Assembly: GCA_001244265.2 (NCBI GenBank)
Contig: CDLV01000008.1
Coordinates: 1,550,001 to 1,614,000, forward strand
Length of the DNA stretch: 64,000 nucleotides
Reading direction: 5' to 3'
Source: Microbotryum violaceum
Taxonomy: Eukaryota
Each line of letters starts with the position of its first letter. The stretch's first letter is position 1. Position numbers and translations under genes: made by a program. Below the pieces are notes generated by a model, which ran no database searches, had not been told where the DNA came from, and saw nothing but the letters and a program-made list of their open reading frames with translations. Shown here one piece after another: positions 1-14,166 of this stretch.

Positions 1-17
1 AAACCCCTGTTCCTCCT

Positions 18-2385
18 TTACAACTTGGCCTTCTGCTTGGCCGCCTTCGCCTGCGCCGCCTCGGCCTTAGCCTCCTCCCTCAAGATCCTCCTCAATAATT
101 TACCCGACGGACTCTTGGGCACCATATCCACGATCTTGACCCCACCCCTCAGCTTCTTATGTGCACTAACTCTCTGATCAACCCACTCCCTCACCGCCTT
201 CGCACCATCCGTCTGCTTCTTCCCCTCCGCACTAAGAACCACATAAGCCCTCGGCAACTCCGAAGCCTGATCATCGTCCCATACACCGATCACCGCAACA
301 TCAGCGACGTAAGGGCATTCGAGACATGTACCTTCGAGTTCAGCAGGGGCGACTTGAAAGCCTTTGTATTTGATCAGTTCCTTTAGACGGTCCGTAATAA
401 AGTAGTAGCCTTTTTGGTCGACCCAGGCGATGTCACCTGTTTTGAGCCAACGGCCATGGGCGTCTTCAACGAGAGTTTCGGCATTCGCCTCGGGTCGATT
501 CAGGTAGCCGAGCTGGAGAAGAGAGTCGTAAAGTCAGGATTTGCTCTTTCGTTTCCGCAACTTTTCGATCTGCTACGTACCATAACATTAGGGCCTTGCA
601 CCCACATCTCCCCCTGTTCCCCAGGTTCGACATCCTTTCCTGTCTCGGGATCGACGATCCTCCCCCTCATCATCGGTAAAAGAGGTCCAATACTCCCCGG
701 CGTCGGCGTCTCGATCGGACAGTAATGCGTTGTCGGCGACGTCTCCGTCAATCCATAGGCCTGACAGACCGCCGCTCCTAATCGTTTCGAAACCTCTTCC
801 GCCAATTCACCACTCAAGGGTGCTGCACCTGAAACGATCAAACGCATCGACGAGAAATCGTAGGAATCGACGATGGGTTCCCGAGCGAGGAGTAAGGCGA
901 TCGGGGGTACGAGCATGCATACACTGCATTTGTACTTCTGCACGATCGCGCAGAACGGCTCGAGTTCGAATTTGGGCATGACGACCACTTTGCTGCCCGT
1001 AATCAAAGGCCAGTGAAGTAGTTTGGTCAGGCCGTAGATGTGGTTCAGAGGCAGGACGGCGAGGTGGACGTCTTCACATGGATGTCAAAAGTTGAGGTTT
1101 CAGCTCCTTCCCCTCCAAGCCGCAAGGACCACCATGGACGAAGTGAACTCACCGTCTTTAGTGACGAAAAAAGGTTTGAGAATACTCAACACCGACGTCA
1201 TGTTGTAATGCGACGTACGTACGCCCTTGGCCTTGCCCGAGGTGCCGGATGAGTAACCGAGGTAGGCGACGGTCGATTTGGGATCCTCGACACGGAAAGG
1301 GGTCAATTCGTGTTTGCTCTTGACCAGGTCCGAGATGGATTTATAAGCTGTGCAAAGGAAGGTGGACGAGAAGATGAGCGTCGAAAAGTTAGAAAGAGGG
1401 TGCAATGCATCCATGATCCATGACTCACTGTTTCCTGCAGGACCTGCTTCGTCAGCCATGACCGCGAGGACGATACGTTCTTTTTGCTTGTGCTCGGACC
1501 AGCCGACGGCCTTTGTAGCTTTAAGAGCGACATCGAGGTTGCTCGGGTGGCACATCAACTATGTTAACCAACGATTCAGGATACGAAACCTTGAGTGCTT
1601 GACTCCAGAGCCGATTTTCCGACCGCCGCTGCTCAGTTCGGTCGACTCACCAACTCGGTCGAACTGTCCGACAACTGGTGTGCCATCTCTTGAGGTGTAT
1701 AAGCCGCATTGGCGCCACTGAGTACACATCCAGCGCATTGAGCGGCCAAGACGATCATGTCTGTGCAGGACGAAGACGGACACGGAGCGTCAGCGTCGAG
1801 ACGCGTCAGACGATCCCGGAGTAAAGGATGTGGGGGCTCAAGAAGTGAAGAGGCCGACAATAAAGAAACTGACGGTAATAGAACGAGTTGGGGGAGAAGA
1901 TGCACACTACTTGGCCTGGAGTCAGACCAAGTTGTCGGTACCCATACGCAAGCTGTTGTGATTTCTTCTTCAGGTCACCTCGGCTATTAAGGAGAGAGAG
2001 AGAAAAGGGGCAGCGGGAAAGGGCCAAAAGTCAGCCGACCGGACTTGTCGAGCTCGGCGGTGTTCTTGCTTGAACAGGGGTGCCTGAGCACTCCTAATGG
2101 GACTGACGTGTGAGTTCGGCCTGAAGGACCATCGATGACGGCCACTTCGGAATCAACAAGTCCAGCAGGGTTCGACCAGACTGTAATAGAGGGTTCAAGG
2201 CCGGGGACCGAAAGAGGGTCAGTGCTCGCTCGTGAGGGTCAGAAGGTCCGGTCAGAGCGGCCCGACTTGCCGGCTCCTCTGCGGAATTAGGCATCGAAAG
2301 GGTGTGGAAGTGGTTGCTACTCACCTTTGTCCCAGACCGAACAAACGGGGAGCTCGACAAGTGGATGAGGTGAGGTGTGAATCAT
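18..2385 (-). CDS. 4-coumarate-CoA ligase-like AMP-dependent acyl-CoA synthetase, peroxisomal (multi-exon)
   Basis: Spliced model starts MIHTSPHPLVELPVCSVWDK (ATG 2385). Adenylation motifs: YSSGTSGKAKGV (P-loop), QAYGLTETSP, WLKTGD, DRLKELIKYKGFQVAPAELE, PKSPSGKLLRR. C-terminus -AKL is a PTS1. Confidence 0.92.
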
Positions 2386-4470
2386 GCCTCTTCAAAGCCG
2401 AAAGGTCGGGTAGATGTTTTTGAGCGGGATGAGGAAAGGGAAAGGCTCCACAGTCGAAGAAAGCTCGGATGACCAGCTTAAAGTTCTCGACAGTTCTCGA
2501 CAAGGTTTCTCTCTCGTGGCATTTGCGGGGCCGAGTAAGCGCGGCAAGCTTGTGAGTGATCGAGCGCAATTGCCCTTCGGCGCGAGGGCGGGGCCGGCCC
2601 GGAAATGGCCTCTGTTGATGCAGGCGCAGAACTGCTGAAAGCCTGTGAAGCAATTCGGCTATGTGCACGCGACGACGTCCCTGACGACCCGACCGACGTC
2701 ACGTGGTTGGAATCGTTCGGTGGAGGGTTGCCTTGGGGTCGGATCTACTTCATTTGTCCTCGATTCACAACATCACATGGCGGCATCGTCCGTTACTTCA
2801 CGCGCAAAGACTTTTTCCGGGTATCGCCGCTTCGAGCGCTCGGACCATCACCCGCGAATGCCCTCCGCGGAACTATCATGCAGTGCGTGCGTTCAGCGTG
2901 GCCAGTGTGTTGGTGCGTTCTGGTGTTGAGGATAGTCAGTAGTCGCCAAACACGTTTACCTCTGGGAGAAGGCTCCCGCTGAGCTGCGCAGTGCGCGGAC
3001 CAGTTGATGATCTCGACCTCCTGACTTTGACTTTAGCGCGGCGGGTACTCCGGAATCGCTCAGGGGCTTCGGGTGGACGAAGCGATTCGAGTTTGTATGT
3101 ACTGGCCTTCGGAAATTTCTCTCGTTTCGAGCAGAACGACTCGGAGATATGTAGCACGATCTGCTCGTGTCATTGATTGTCGGATGGCAGTGAGCTTCCA
3201 TCTCGGTGACTGAGGTGCAGTGCAGACTCGGAGAGTGGGGTTCGTGAAGGGCGTTGCAGCCAGCCAACTCCGACGCTATACCCTCCTAAACTGTTTTTTT
3301 CTGTCTCTCTCTTTCTGATTGCGTGTCTCAAACCGACCTCTTTCCCCAGCCCATTCGAAGTAGTAGGCGCTGTCAAAGTATGCTATCATCGGACGCTACA
3401 CCCATTTTGGGCCATTGCGCCCGACGCTGCAGTGATGACGGATCTGGCTTGCCGACATGCTGACGTCGAGCCAGGCGAACGAAGGCTCGCCCGCGCTGCC
3501 ATCAGCTGGCGGTTGCGCGGTCCCGTTGGCTGGCGCGCCTGTCTCCGGCTTGCTCTCTGCTTGCGTTTGTATCGCCCGACCGCACCTCGTTCACTCTTCC
3601 CCCTTTCGCCCCAAGTGGGAGGAACTCTCATCCTCGTGGAACCAGCACCAAGGCAGCTTACCCTAGGTCGTGCGACCCTTCGGCTTAGGCTTGACCCCGG
3701 TGAGTTGATGGTCGCTCTCGTCCAGTCCTGTGCGGCGGCGAGGTAGCTCGGCCGGTCCTATCGGGGGGACTGGGACCTTCTTCGTGGCTTGCGAGTGGAA
3801 CCTTGTTGGTGTAGCAACATGGCCCAAGAGGCGGCTGCGCTCCAATGGGCGTGTAGTCGCTCCTTGGAGCTGTGGAACCGACCCGAGGCACACCTCTGGC
3901 TCAAACGCTGCACGATCGCCGGGGCGAGCCAGCCCTGCGACGCCCACTCGACCTCGCTGCAGCTACTCTGTCGAAACAACCGAACTGACCCAGGAAGAAC
4001 TTGTTGGTTGTGCAGACATTGTGTAGTCGCCGTCGTCTCGCAGGGACCCCCCCGGGTGATCTGCGCGCGCTCATCCGCTCTACCGCCTTCTCAGCCGCCA
4101 GCCGTAGCTGTGTGTCGACCCTTGCTCAACATTTGGGGCCGACGATCCCCCTTCAGCAATCGGTGGCTGCTTACCCCTAGTGGATCATCGCACGAATCGT
4201 CTCGAGTACACTGCTCCTCAGCGATTCGCCCATCAGCTTCCGGCGCGTAGCCTAGGCCAGCCCTCGAGCGAGTGCCTATTCCTGGCTCGCGTAAGTAAAT
4301 CAACCTGCTTAGGTAATCTTCGAAACCGCCTGACTGAAGCGCTCAACCTGGCTGGACCAACCCAGAGATCACTACCTCTCGGACCCCTACCCCTACCCCA
4401 CCCGATCGCATCGCCCGCGCGGAGCCCACCACCACCTCCCAAGTCTCGAAGAACACCCTTACCAGCGACC

Positions 4471-7400
4471 ATGTCCTCCCCCTCCGCATCGTCCGACTCC
4501 TTATCCTCGATCGGAGCTTCGACCGAACCTTTGCCCGCTTCCGAAGGCCCGGGACCGCTCGATGAGTCCCCCTCGCCTTTCCCTTCAGCTTCGCAGCGCT
4601 TGCGAGATGAGGACCATGACGACGACGACGACGAGGAAGATGAGGATGAGGATAGGTCTCGGGACCCGGACGAGTATGACGACTACGGTGTAGATGAAGA
4701 AGAAGATCCGGGTGATGTGGATGAAGAGGCAGAAGAGGAAGAGGAAGCAGCACCAGCGAATCCGCGCCTTCGACTGGAGTCGAGCGAACCGCCGAATCGG
4801 ATACCGATTGTTCATGCTCGACGGCGGAAGAGTGGGGCCGCGGCGGGGAGTGATAGTTCGTTGACGGAGCAGAGCTCTTCCGAAGCCGAAGGGGAGGGGG
4901 AAGGGGAAGGAAATTTTGAGGAGGAGGACGAGAGGGAGGAAGGGGAGATGGACGAGGATGCGGAAGCAACGCCACGTGCTCCGAGGGTGAATCAGCCTTC
5001 GCAGGACACTGAGGGGCACGATGACGACGATGAGGATCAAGACCGGGACGGTGAAGATGAGGCGGAGGTTGGGGAGGTCAATTCGGAGCAGCATTTGCTA
5101 CGAAACGTGTCGTCGAGCATGACGAGGGACGCGAATGCGAGCACTTCGAGTGCGGGGAGCGTCTTGAGTGATCTCAATGAGCAGGCCCAGGATGAGCGCG
5201 CCGAGAAAAACGATGAGGACGATGAGATCGATGTCGTGATGGAGCCGAAATACAAGGCAGGTGGCGGTAGAGGACGAGGCGCACGAGGCGCACGAAGAGG
5301 GGCAAGCAAACGAGGACGAGGATCAGGGAGGGGAGGGCGTGGTGGATCCTCCAAGGTCGTTCGACAGGACGATGGCCTCGCATACGAGTCGTCGTCTAAT
5401 GAAGCAATGGACGTCGATTTGCTCGATGCTTCAACGGCTCATCTCGACTCTGAAGCACTTTTAACACCCGTACCCGGCGAAGAGGGGAATTCCGCTTCGC
5501 AAGATATCGAGCCGGCACGCAAGTCAACCTCCATGAGCGGACGGGGTGGACGAGGAAAGCGCGGTCGAGGGGGTCGAGGAGGACGAGGAGGAGCCGCTGC
5601 TGCTGCCGCTCGTGCAAGGAAACGGTCTTCAACGGAGGAGGAAGATCCCAGTCAGAATGCTTTGACACCTCTTGATGCCACTTCCCCTAATTCCACGCAT
5701 TCGTCTTTGAACAACAACCCGAATAAAAGACGGCGCGAGTCCGAGGAACCGGAACAGGAGGAAGTTTTGTTGGGTGCGTTGATCACCGATGATGCGCAAG
5801 CCGCGGAAGTACTGGGAGGGTTGCTATCCGGCGATGCTTTGCCGCCTTTACCCGGAGCTGATGTCGAAGCGGAAGAGGAAGGGGTGGAACTCGACCAGGA
5901 ACGCGATGGGTCGGAGGAGGTCGAAGGTGCCGAGGATGCCGAGGATGCGAATGAAGGTGTTTTCTCGGGCACTGGGGAGGGGGGAGAGCTGCATGAGGAA
6001 GAGGAAGCCGATACACCCGGTCCGACGAACGACGGGACGGCGATGGAGGTTGATGGGGAAGAGGAAGCAGAGGACGAGGGACCCGAACCGGAAGTCGAGG
6101 CTGACGAGGAAGTGCTCGAGTCCCCCAAACCTAGAGGGGTGGCAGGCCGCAAGGCAATCTCGGTCAAGCGGAGTAAGAGGCGAACGAACGGCAAGAGCAA
6201 GCACGACGAGGACGACGAGGACGACGAGGATCGTGGCAGTGAGGCCGAGAGTGCGGCCGTGAGCGAACACGAGGACGAACAGGTATCCGACGATGCCTTC
6301 ATGCGCAAGCGGGCCGAGGCGATGGAGGCCTTGACCAAGATCGAAATTGCCTTCGCTCGATTGAGGGATCGTCTCTATGTCGAACGCATGGCCGAAGTCG
6401 AACGCGATCGCCTTGCTGTTGATACAGGCGCTCACCCCGAATTGATCCACCTCACCAACTTGATCGAGTTACGTCGCGCGAGGAAACTCGAATTGGCGCG
6501 CAACCAGTTCAACAGCGTTTACCTTGGGTATGAGAAGCAGCGCGAGATGGCGGAGCATAAGACGTGGGTTTGGTGGGCTGATGCCCGAGCTGAGTTGAGG
6601 TCGACGATGCTTGATGAGGCCAATTCGAAGCGAAGGAGGTTGGAACGGGAGAAGCGGAATCTTGATCGGCCTCAGGATAGTGAGTTGTTTATGGCTTGGA
6701 TATAAATCATTGGTGAACACCTATGCTGACTTGTTTTCTTCGTTCAGATACTCTCTTACATGCGCTAGCTCCCAAGATCACACCAGTGGTTCCGCTCCAC
6801 CATCGAAGACGGTTAGGGCTCGATGGCGAGACGCTGTCCGAGAACGATATCGCCTGGGCTTTGCGACATCGAGACGTCCAAGCCGATCCCTCGGTCAGCG
6901 GGCTCGAAGAGGATGCTGCGCTGAGCGACCTCGAGCGGATGGGACTGCGGCAACCGAGCAAGCATTCGACCGCCTACGCGTACGATCCGATATACGGTGC
7001 ACCACCCGGTGTCGCTGCCTACGCTGATCCCAACACCGGTGCACCCATGATGTCGCCATACGGCTACGCGGCCTTGGCTTACGAAACAGCGCTAGGGGTC
7101 CCGTCGGCGCAAATTTACGGCGCGGCCATGGTCGCTCCACCACCACAACCGGCGATGACGTTGAACTATAGCCCTTCAATTGCTGCGCCTTTACCCCCTC
7201 TACCTACGCCTCGTCGTGAGGCGAGCTTACCCCGACCACCTTCGAATCCGCGGTCGAACCCCTTTCCTCACGAGCCGGATTACCAAGGTGTTGGTCGAAC
7301 ATCGTCCTACCCAGGCTTTGGGGCTTCTAATGCCGAGGAAGATCGCACGCCTTGGTCATCGAAGACGCCGGCATCGCAGTTCAAGCTCGAGGAGAATCGT

Positions 7401-7985
7401 CGACGAGCGCCGAGCGTGCCTGGTACGGGAGGACTCGGAGAGCTCTCCGCTTCTGTTGAGATTCAGCGATTGCGCCAATCTTACGACGACGCATCGCACT
7501 CCAACTCTGTCCCCTCGTCATCCGGAGGCAGCGGAGCGAATGGGTATTCATTGGATGACCACATGAAGTACGTACGATCACCAAAAACATCCACTTCGTC
7601 ATCGACGTTCTCCGCGTCAGCGAACAAACTCGCCAATCAGCACCACAATAACGGCATGTTATCCGACGTCTCCGCATCAAGTTCAACGCATTCGACACCG
7701 AACCCGAACAGCCAGAAACGCGTTACACCCTTCATGTCGATCCCCGCGATCCCACCGTACAACCCTCACCGACATGCCGCCGCCGTCGCTGCAGCAGCGG
7801 CGACGAACAGTCCCACGAGCTCCAGCCTGTCGACCTTCGCCTCGACCGTAGAGTCGGGCGTCGTCCCACGCAGCCAACAGTCCTCTTCCTCGTCTTCTTC
7901 TTCGGTGGGCAAGGCCAATTCTACAGCCGCTGTCGATCCCGCGCCTGCCATCTTGCCCCCTTTACTCTCCTCTTTGTCTAGCTGA
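4471..7985 (+). CDS. Sds3-like domain protein (Sin3/Rpd3L HDAC complex subunit family)
   Basis: Long acidic and RGG-rich N-terminus, then a coiled-coil Sds3-like core RAEAMEALTKIEIAFARLRDRLYVERM...HPEL...RRRLEREKR. One intron, 6680-6747 (GTGAGT...GCTGAC...CAG). Confidence 0.78.
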
Positions 7986-8452
7986 ATCTTGACCTCTTGT
8001 TGAGCTACCACCCCCACGAATCTGTTTCTTTTCTTTCCGTCTCCACCTCCCCGAATTACCGCGTCCGTCTTCCTAGTCCAATGTCCCTCTTCCACGCGCT
8101 ACTAGTAGTCACCGACGATTCCGAATACTCTCCTCCAGTTGTGTTCCCACCTAATCTTGCGTTTGTTTTCTTTGTGTCTCTTTCTTGTGTTTTCTACAAG
8201 AGAACAAGGTTCTCGTTTGCCTTTGGTCAACTGTGTTGCAACTACCTCGTGTTGAGAAACTGAGACGAACAAAAGTGTGCTCGACTCATTTTCTGTGACC
8301 GTTTCCTGATTCGAGAGACGGAAGACTTTCAGCGGACGACTCTTACAACGCTCTGACACGTCTCCATCTCCTTGAATAGATTAGAATTACAAGCAAAAAT
8401 GTGTGTGCGCATTGGCCCCCTCTGTTTCTGATCAGCTCAATAAACCATCCCC

Positions 8453-11400
8453 TCAAGCCATCTCCAACAACGCGTCGATCGTCTTCCCGACGTCGTTGTT
8501 GTGACTAAGCAAAACCTGATAAAGTAAAGAAGGGGTTTGAGATTCTGTTAAAAGGCTAGGGCAAGAGGGTTTTGTGGTGCGTGAATAACTCACCACTTCG
8601 AGTACCTCTTGTTCGACGTCGGGGAAGACGTTCCGCAACGTCTAGTTCGCAGAGAAAGAAGAGCATTGAAAGTCAACCATCAGTCCAAACACCACCTTCT
8701 TTGACGAACGAAAGAAAAGACAGAGAGGAAACTACGAAAACTCACCTCAAGCGCCGCCAACCTCTGTTCCTCGAACTGCCGATCAATCTCCCTCGTCACC
8801 TCTTCCGTCGTCTGGTCGCTCCTCGCGAACAAGCCCGGGTCGACAAAACCCTGTTGAGGTCCCATACCCCTAGGCGCTCCTGTACTGCTCCCTCTTGACC
8901 GGGGGTGGCGTCGTACACTACTTGTTGTGGAACGGATGGAGGGGCTCGGAGAAAGGGATCGGGTACGGGAGACGGGGGAGGATAGCGTCTGCGCCCCTGG
9001 CCCCGCTGGGTTTTGATAGGGCCCTTGTAGCCATCCTTGAGGTGGGGCTTGTTGAGGCATTGAAGTGTGATAGAACTCCGATTGCGGTTGCTGTTGCTGT
9101 TGATGATGATGATGGAATGGTGGGGGTGGTAAAGGATGCTGATAAGCGGTACCGCCAGCGATCCCACTGGCCCCACTCGATGCGACCTGTTCCAACTGAT
9201 CCAAAATCCTTCCTATCGCTCCTAAAGGCTTCGACACGATCCTCTCGACCGAATCCGATGAACGAACGAGGAAATTACGCGTCGACTCCAAGGCGTTGGT
9301 GGGTGAGGGACCGGGCAGTACGGAAGCGGATTCGACGTCGATGTTGGATTGGTGCGTTGGTTCGTCTGATTGATGAGGGAGGGGGAGTCGGATGGGTTTG
9401 GGAGGGGGGAGAGGGGATCGCGCAGGTTGGAAGGAGACTTCGCGGGATCGAGGCATCGGAGAAGCGGTTGAGGAAGACCTTCGTTGGGCGACGGGGAGCT
9501 TGTCCCGATCGGTGGGGAAGCTGAGGACGGCTCGTTCGATGTTGCGTTCGAATTCGGCTTGGGTCATATTGGATAGCGATGAAGCGTCCATGTGTTCGAT
9601 AAAAGAAATTGCACCGTTCTAGCAAAGCCTCGCATTGCACTCGAGTCAGTTTTTGCTGGTCAGTGCTTCGGACCCAAGCTCGAACGACCCACTCACCAAA
9701 CTCGACAGATAATAACCCCCTTCCCCCGTCAACTTGTCCGGATTTCTAAACCTCTGGATGTACTGAATATTCGAGACCAAATGTTCCGGGTTTGACTTGA
9801 GCACCACGTAGATCAAGAAAGGAATGAACGAATCCGCGCCTTGATCCTTGGACACCTGGCGGATCAGACCAAACAGGATCTTGCAGCAATTGAGCAAGCA
9901 GATGAGTTTGTCCCGAGGGGCTTTGTACGAGTTGATCTTGCACAGTTCGCGACGGGAGAAATCGAGGAAGGCTTGCGCTTGGCGGTTCCTTTCGCGAATT
10001 TCGGCGGCGGAGAGGATGGGGTCCTCCGAGGTCGGGACGGAATTCGTCCCGCCTGTTGTCGATGACTCGGCGAGGGGTTGTTGATCGTCGTCGGCGAGGA
10101 GGTCGACTGGAGGGAGGGGGGAATCCGTCCTTGAGACCGAAGGGGAGACGTCCTCGGGATCAGGTAGGGGCAGGTCGAGATGGCTCGGCTTGACCCAAGC
10201 AAAGAGTCGAATCCTCTGCGAGAGTACATGATCCCTTTCAATATCGCCAGTCGGGGACATTTCTCCCGGCAGTGCCGATAAATCGATCGCAGGTGTGAAC
10301 GTTCTGCGAGTTGACGAGAGCCGTTTTCGAATAAGTCATTATTCCTCCCACGACCGTGGGATGCCTTCCTCAACTCACAAGTGCCACACCCGGTTCATGA
10401 CCAATTTCTCCATTGCTTCCACGGCCAAATCGAACTCCATGTCGGCCCTCTCGGGTTCGAATTCGACGAACAACTTTCTCCAAGGATCAACGCCCTTCAT
10501 CTTGTTGGCGATAAAATCGAGGAAATCGTTGATGACCCTTATCTGGTCATTGGTCGCAACGGGGGGTTTGCGTGAGAATTCCTTGAGGAACGAGCGAAGG
10601 TATTTCGCGATGGGGTCGGCTGAGCGCGAGCGCATTTGCTCGAGGAACTTGTTGAAGTCAAATTGGGGTTCGGGGAGAGAGGTCGTGGGAGCTGCTTCGG
10701 GTGCCTTTTCACGTTTCTTGGAGCTCATTTCGGAGGGAGGGGGAGGCGGCGGTGCTAGGCCGGAGGAACTTGACGGTCGAGAATTGGATGGGCTGGATCG
10801 GAAGACGGATGCGATGGAAGCGAGTGGCTTGGACATGGCCAAGCGGTGCTGTTGCTGCTGTTGGTGCGGTGGCAGCGGCAGTGGTGGTGCCGTCGTTGAA
10901 CTTGATCTACTGAGCCCAGACACCGAAGTCGTGTTGGGCACGGGTGTCGTAGACTCTGATCGGGATCGAACAGCATGCCCGGCGTCGCTGTCCCTTTGTT
11001 GTAGTGCGGCCTTTTCATCATTAATTTCTTGCCGTTTCGAGTAATGAGTCTGGGAGGTAGGACTGGTGTGGACCGATCCTGGTGATGAACCCGAAGCTGA
11101 TCCCGGTGCGGATCCTGATCCGGAGAAGGACCTCAACATGCCCCCAAAGAAGCGCGAGGATCCCGGCGTAGGAGCCGGTCTGCCCTGGGGAGTCGACGGC
11201 GCGTTCGACAAAGACGGATCCGCAGACGTGGAGGGTTTCGAGGTCGTCTCGGAAGTCGAAAAGGGTCTCCGAGTGGGAGAGGAAGCCATGGTCGGCGAGT
11301 CGTCCTCTTCCTCCGAGTCGTCCGACATGAGCTCAAGCTTGGATCCTGGAGCGACGTAGTGACCTAAGGTTTGAATCTCGGCGCCGTACGAAGCCGATGA

Positions 11401-11784
11401 ACGCGGTGGAGGACGCGCAAGAGGTGCAAGAGGTGCAAGAGGCGTACTGGTTGAGCTTGTCGAGGTCGCGGACGTGGACGGTGGCACGACCGCGTTCGAG
11501 GACGAAGACGGGTGCTGCGACTGGGGCTGCAATGGATCCAAATCGGCCAGATAGGGTTTGACAGCCGATACGGTCGTCGATCCTATCTCTGCCCATGGAT
11601 TGGGAATCGTCTCCGTGCTAGTAGATGGGTGGTGACCGCGTACGTGCTCGTGCTCGTGTCGGGATGGGTCTTGATCGAGCGGTGGCAGCGCGTGGCGCAC
11701 GGCGTCCATCGACCTCAAGGTGCCGCCATCTTGTGCAGGGGTAGACGATGCATCGTGGACATCCGTAGTAGAAGAGGACAACAT
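8453..11784 (-). CDS. VPS9: Vps9 Rab5/Vps21 guanine-nucleotide exchange factor with C-terminal CUE domain
   Basis: FDFNKFLEQMRSRSADPIAKYLRSFL, EAMEKLVMNR, INSYKAPRDKLICLLNCCK, GADSFIPFLIYVVLKSNP, GEGGYYLSSL (VPS9 domain). C-terminal NVFPDVEQEVL...LLSHNNDVGKTIDALLEM (CUE). Confidence 0.93.
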
Positions 11785-12701
11785 AGTGCTCCCGCGAGCG
11801 GGATGCGGGCAGAGGAGTCTCACAGGCTCTCACCGGTCGACGGGCTGATCGTATCGTGGGCAAGTCGTGTCTTGTCCTGTCTGGTCTCCGTCAACGTTCG
11901 TGTTGGCTTATAATGACTCGCGCCCCGGCTTAGGCGGGCTCGACAGGAAGACTGGCGTTGACATGCCCTGCTAGACTTGATCAAAATTATTCACTAGAGG
12001 AAATCATTTATTTCGGCTTTCGACACCGCAGACAGACCAGCGCCACTCCCTGTGTAATTCGCATTGCAAAGTCCCCACTAGTGATAAGCCAAACGCCTAA
12101 TGGGTCCAAGCGCAACGACGCGCGCTGAACGAACGACTTCGCAGCCACCCGGTGCGCTCGCTCTTTTCCTCCTTCTCTTCACGTGTCCCGGTGCTCGGAA
12201 CCTGCCTTTGCGGATTGACGCTCGCACTTTGGTGTGAACCGTCCTTTCTCAGTAGGTTGTTTAGGTTTCCTTCACATCTTCGACAACCAATCATGGGGAG
12301 CAGCTCGGGTTTGCGAGAGCGTTGACGTTCTTCCTTCCCCATCGAGTGGCCTGTCCCGTCCCCCGTCGAACGGGATTCATCATCAATGACCAGACCCCCA
12401 CTCATTCCTGTCTCGTCCTGCTGATCCTGTATGGACTTTCCGCCTCAATTACGGGCGTCGAGAGGCCTTGGGATTCCGCACGGACGGTTCTTGGAGGGGG
12501 CCTGCGTCCGCTCCCGATATTCCTCTACTTGGTCGTAAAGGCGTTACTCACAACGCATCCTCCTGGGATGCTGCATGAGTCTTCGTCGGTCCATTGGATC
12601 GTTGCGCTGGGTTAAACCATCGGGTGAACACCCTTCACTCTTTTTTCCTTCTCCATGAACTTGTTGGATTTGGAGAATTGCAATTCATAGCTTGGCACTT
12701 C

Positions 12702-14166
12702 TTAATTCCAATACCAACTCCCTCCAAACAACCTCGGCTCTGTCCATCTGAACAAACCATAACTGAAAGTTGCGATCCCAAGTACATAACTCGCGAGGAT
12801 AGCTGCCGTAAAAAGTGCTGAATCAGCACACCGCCGGTGGAAACAAGGAGAAACGAAAAAACGTACGAATCTTCTTCTCCGGATAGACCCTCAACGCATC
12901 CACGATGGGAGGTAAGCCCCACCAATTGCAGAAGGTGTGAACCAAGATCGAAGGGAGGATCGAACCTGTGCAAGCATCACGGCGTTGGCTCGGAGCTTGA
13001 CCGGACACGGGATGAAACTCGTCGAACGAGAAGGGAGGAAAGAACGTACCGGTTCGCACGAACAAGAACGCGGCGTACCATCCGAACAAGGTCGTGTACG
13101 CGAATTGGAACGCTGTCGAACCATCAAAAAAAAAAGCTCAAATCAGCTACGTCGAATCGAGCTATGCTCGACCGAGCAGGCAGAAGACTCGCAGGATGAA
13201 CCCTTACCTGAACCAAGCACACCATTCACCAAAGCTTGTTTTGTCCTCCCATGTCCAATATACACCTCATAAGCATGATGTACATGCGCTATCTCAGAGC
13301 CCAAGCCCATCAAGCGCATGATCAGCCTCTCGGTACTTTCCCTCGGCACTGCTGTTGACTGACCTATTCCAAAGTATAGAGGTGTGAGGAACACGAGTTG
13401 TTTCTTGTACCAGCCTCCCAATGCGGAGATGGAGATGATGGCCGAGCGGAAGACGAGTTCTTCGGTCCAGGGACCCTGGTTCGAGGACATGGAAGGAGGA
13501 GACGATGTGGGGGGCTGGGTGAGCACAAAGGGAAACGGAAAATCTTCGCGGGTTGGGAGTGCTCTCCATCAAACCCCTGATGACGGAAGGATGATGGATC
13601 CAGCATAGTATCTCGAACAAGAAGCAACTCACGACGATGTAATTCCTAATCCCCTGCAGCGACGTGAACTGATCCTTCATTTTCCGCCACCTGAACCCTC
13701 TTTGTCCCGGCAACAAGCTCCCATCAAGAAAAGCGACGTACAACGAGCCCAAGAACAGGGACGCCGTAAGTCCTAGAGGATAGGTAAGGAGGTTGAAGAG
13801 TTTTGTTGCGGAGGTCGGAAGATCGAGGCCCAGGAGGGTCGAGGCGGGGGGATGAATGAGGGAAGGAGGGTAGCGTTGAAGGAGGGAGCGGATGGAGAGG
13901 CATGCGAGACAGGATACGATCGTCACCGCCAAGAGGCGGGCTCTGATGACGGAGGGGGAGTTACGATCTCGTGGAATTGCGGTAGGTGGGATCGGTGCAT
14001 GCGTGCTGCTTGTAGATGATGGTGTTGAAGGTGCGACAAGCCGAGAAGAAACGGACGAGACTCGACTGGCGGGAAAGAGGTAGATTGACGACACGTACGC
14101 GGTCGTGAACGCCGTCGAGATGAGTAACGTCGAGGAAGGGGAGTAGAAACCACCCATCGGTGCCAT
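12702..14166 (-). CDS. RCE1: CAAX prenyl protease 2 (Rce1/CPBP family)
   Basis: DRNSPSVIRARL, GPWTEELVFRS (EExxxR), FGIAHVHH (FxxxH), HTFCNWWGLP (HxxxN). Last exon ends ...FGGSWYWN* at 12702. Confidence 0.92.

Noticed and set aside
3386..4020. Possible small spliced minus-strand gene (ATG near 4020; donor-like GTCAGT and GTAAGC)
   Set aside because: No recognisable domain or consistent model; may be a non-coding or antisense transcript.
12097..12615. Hydrophobic plus-strand ORF between VPS9 and RCE1
   Set aside because: No ATG-led coherent model and no family motif I can identify.
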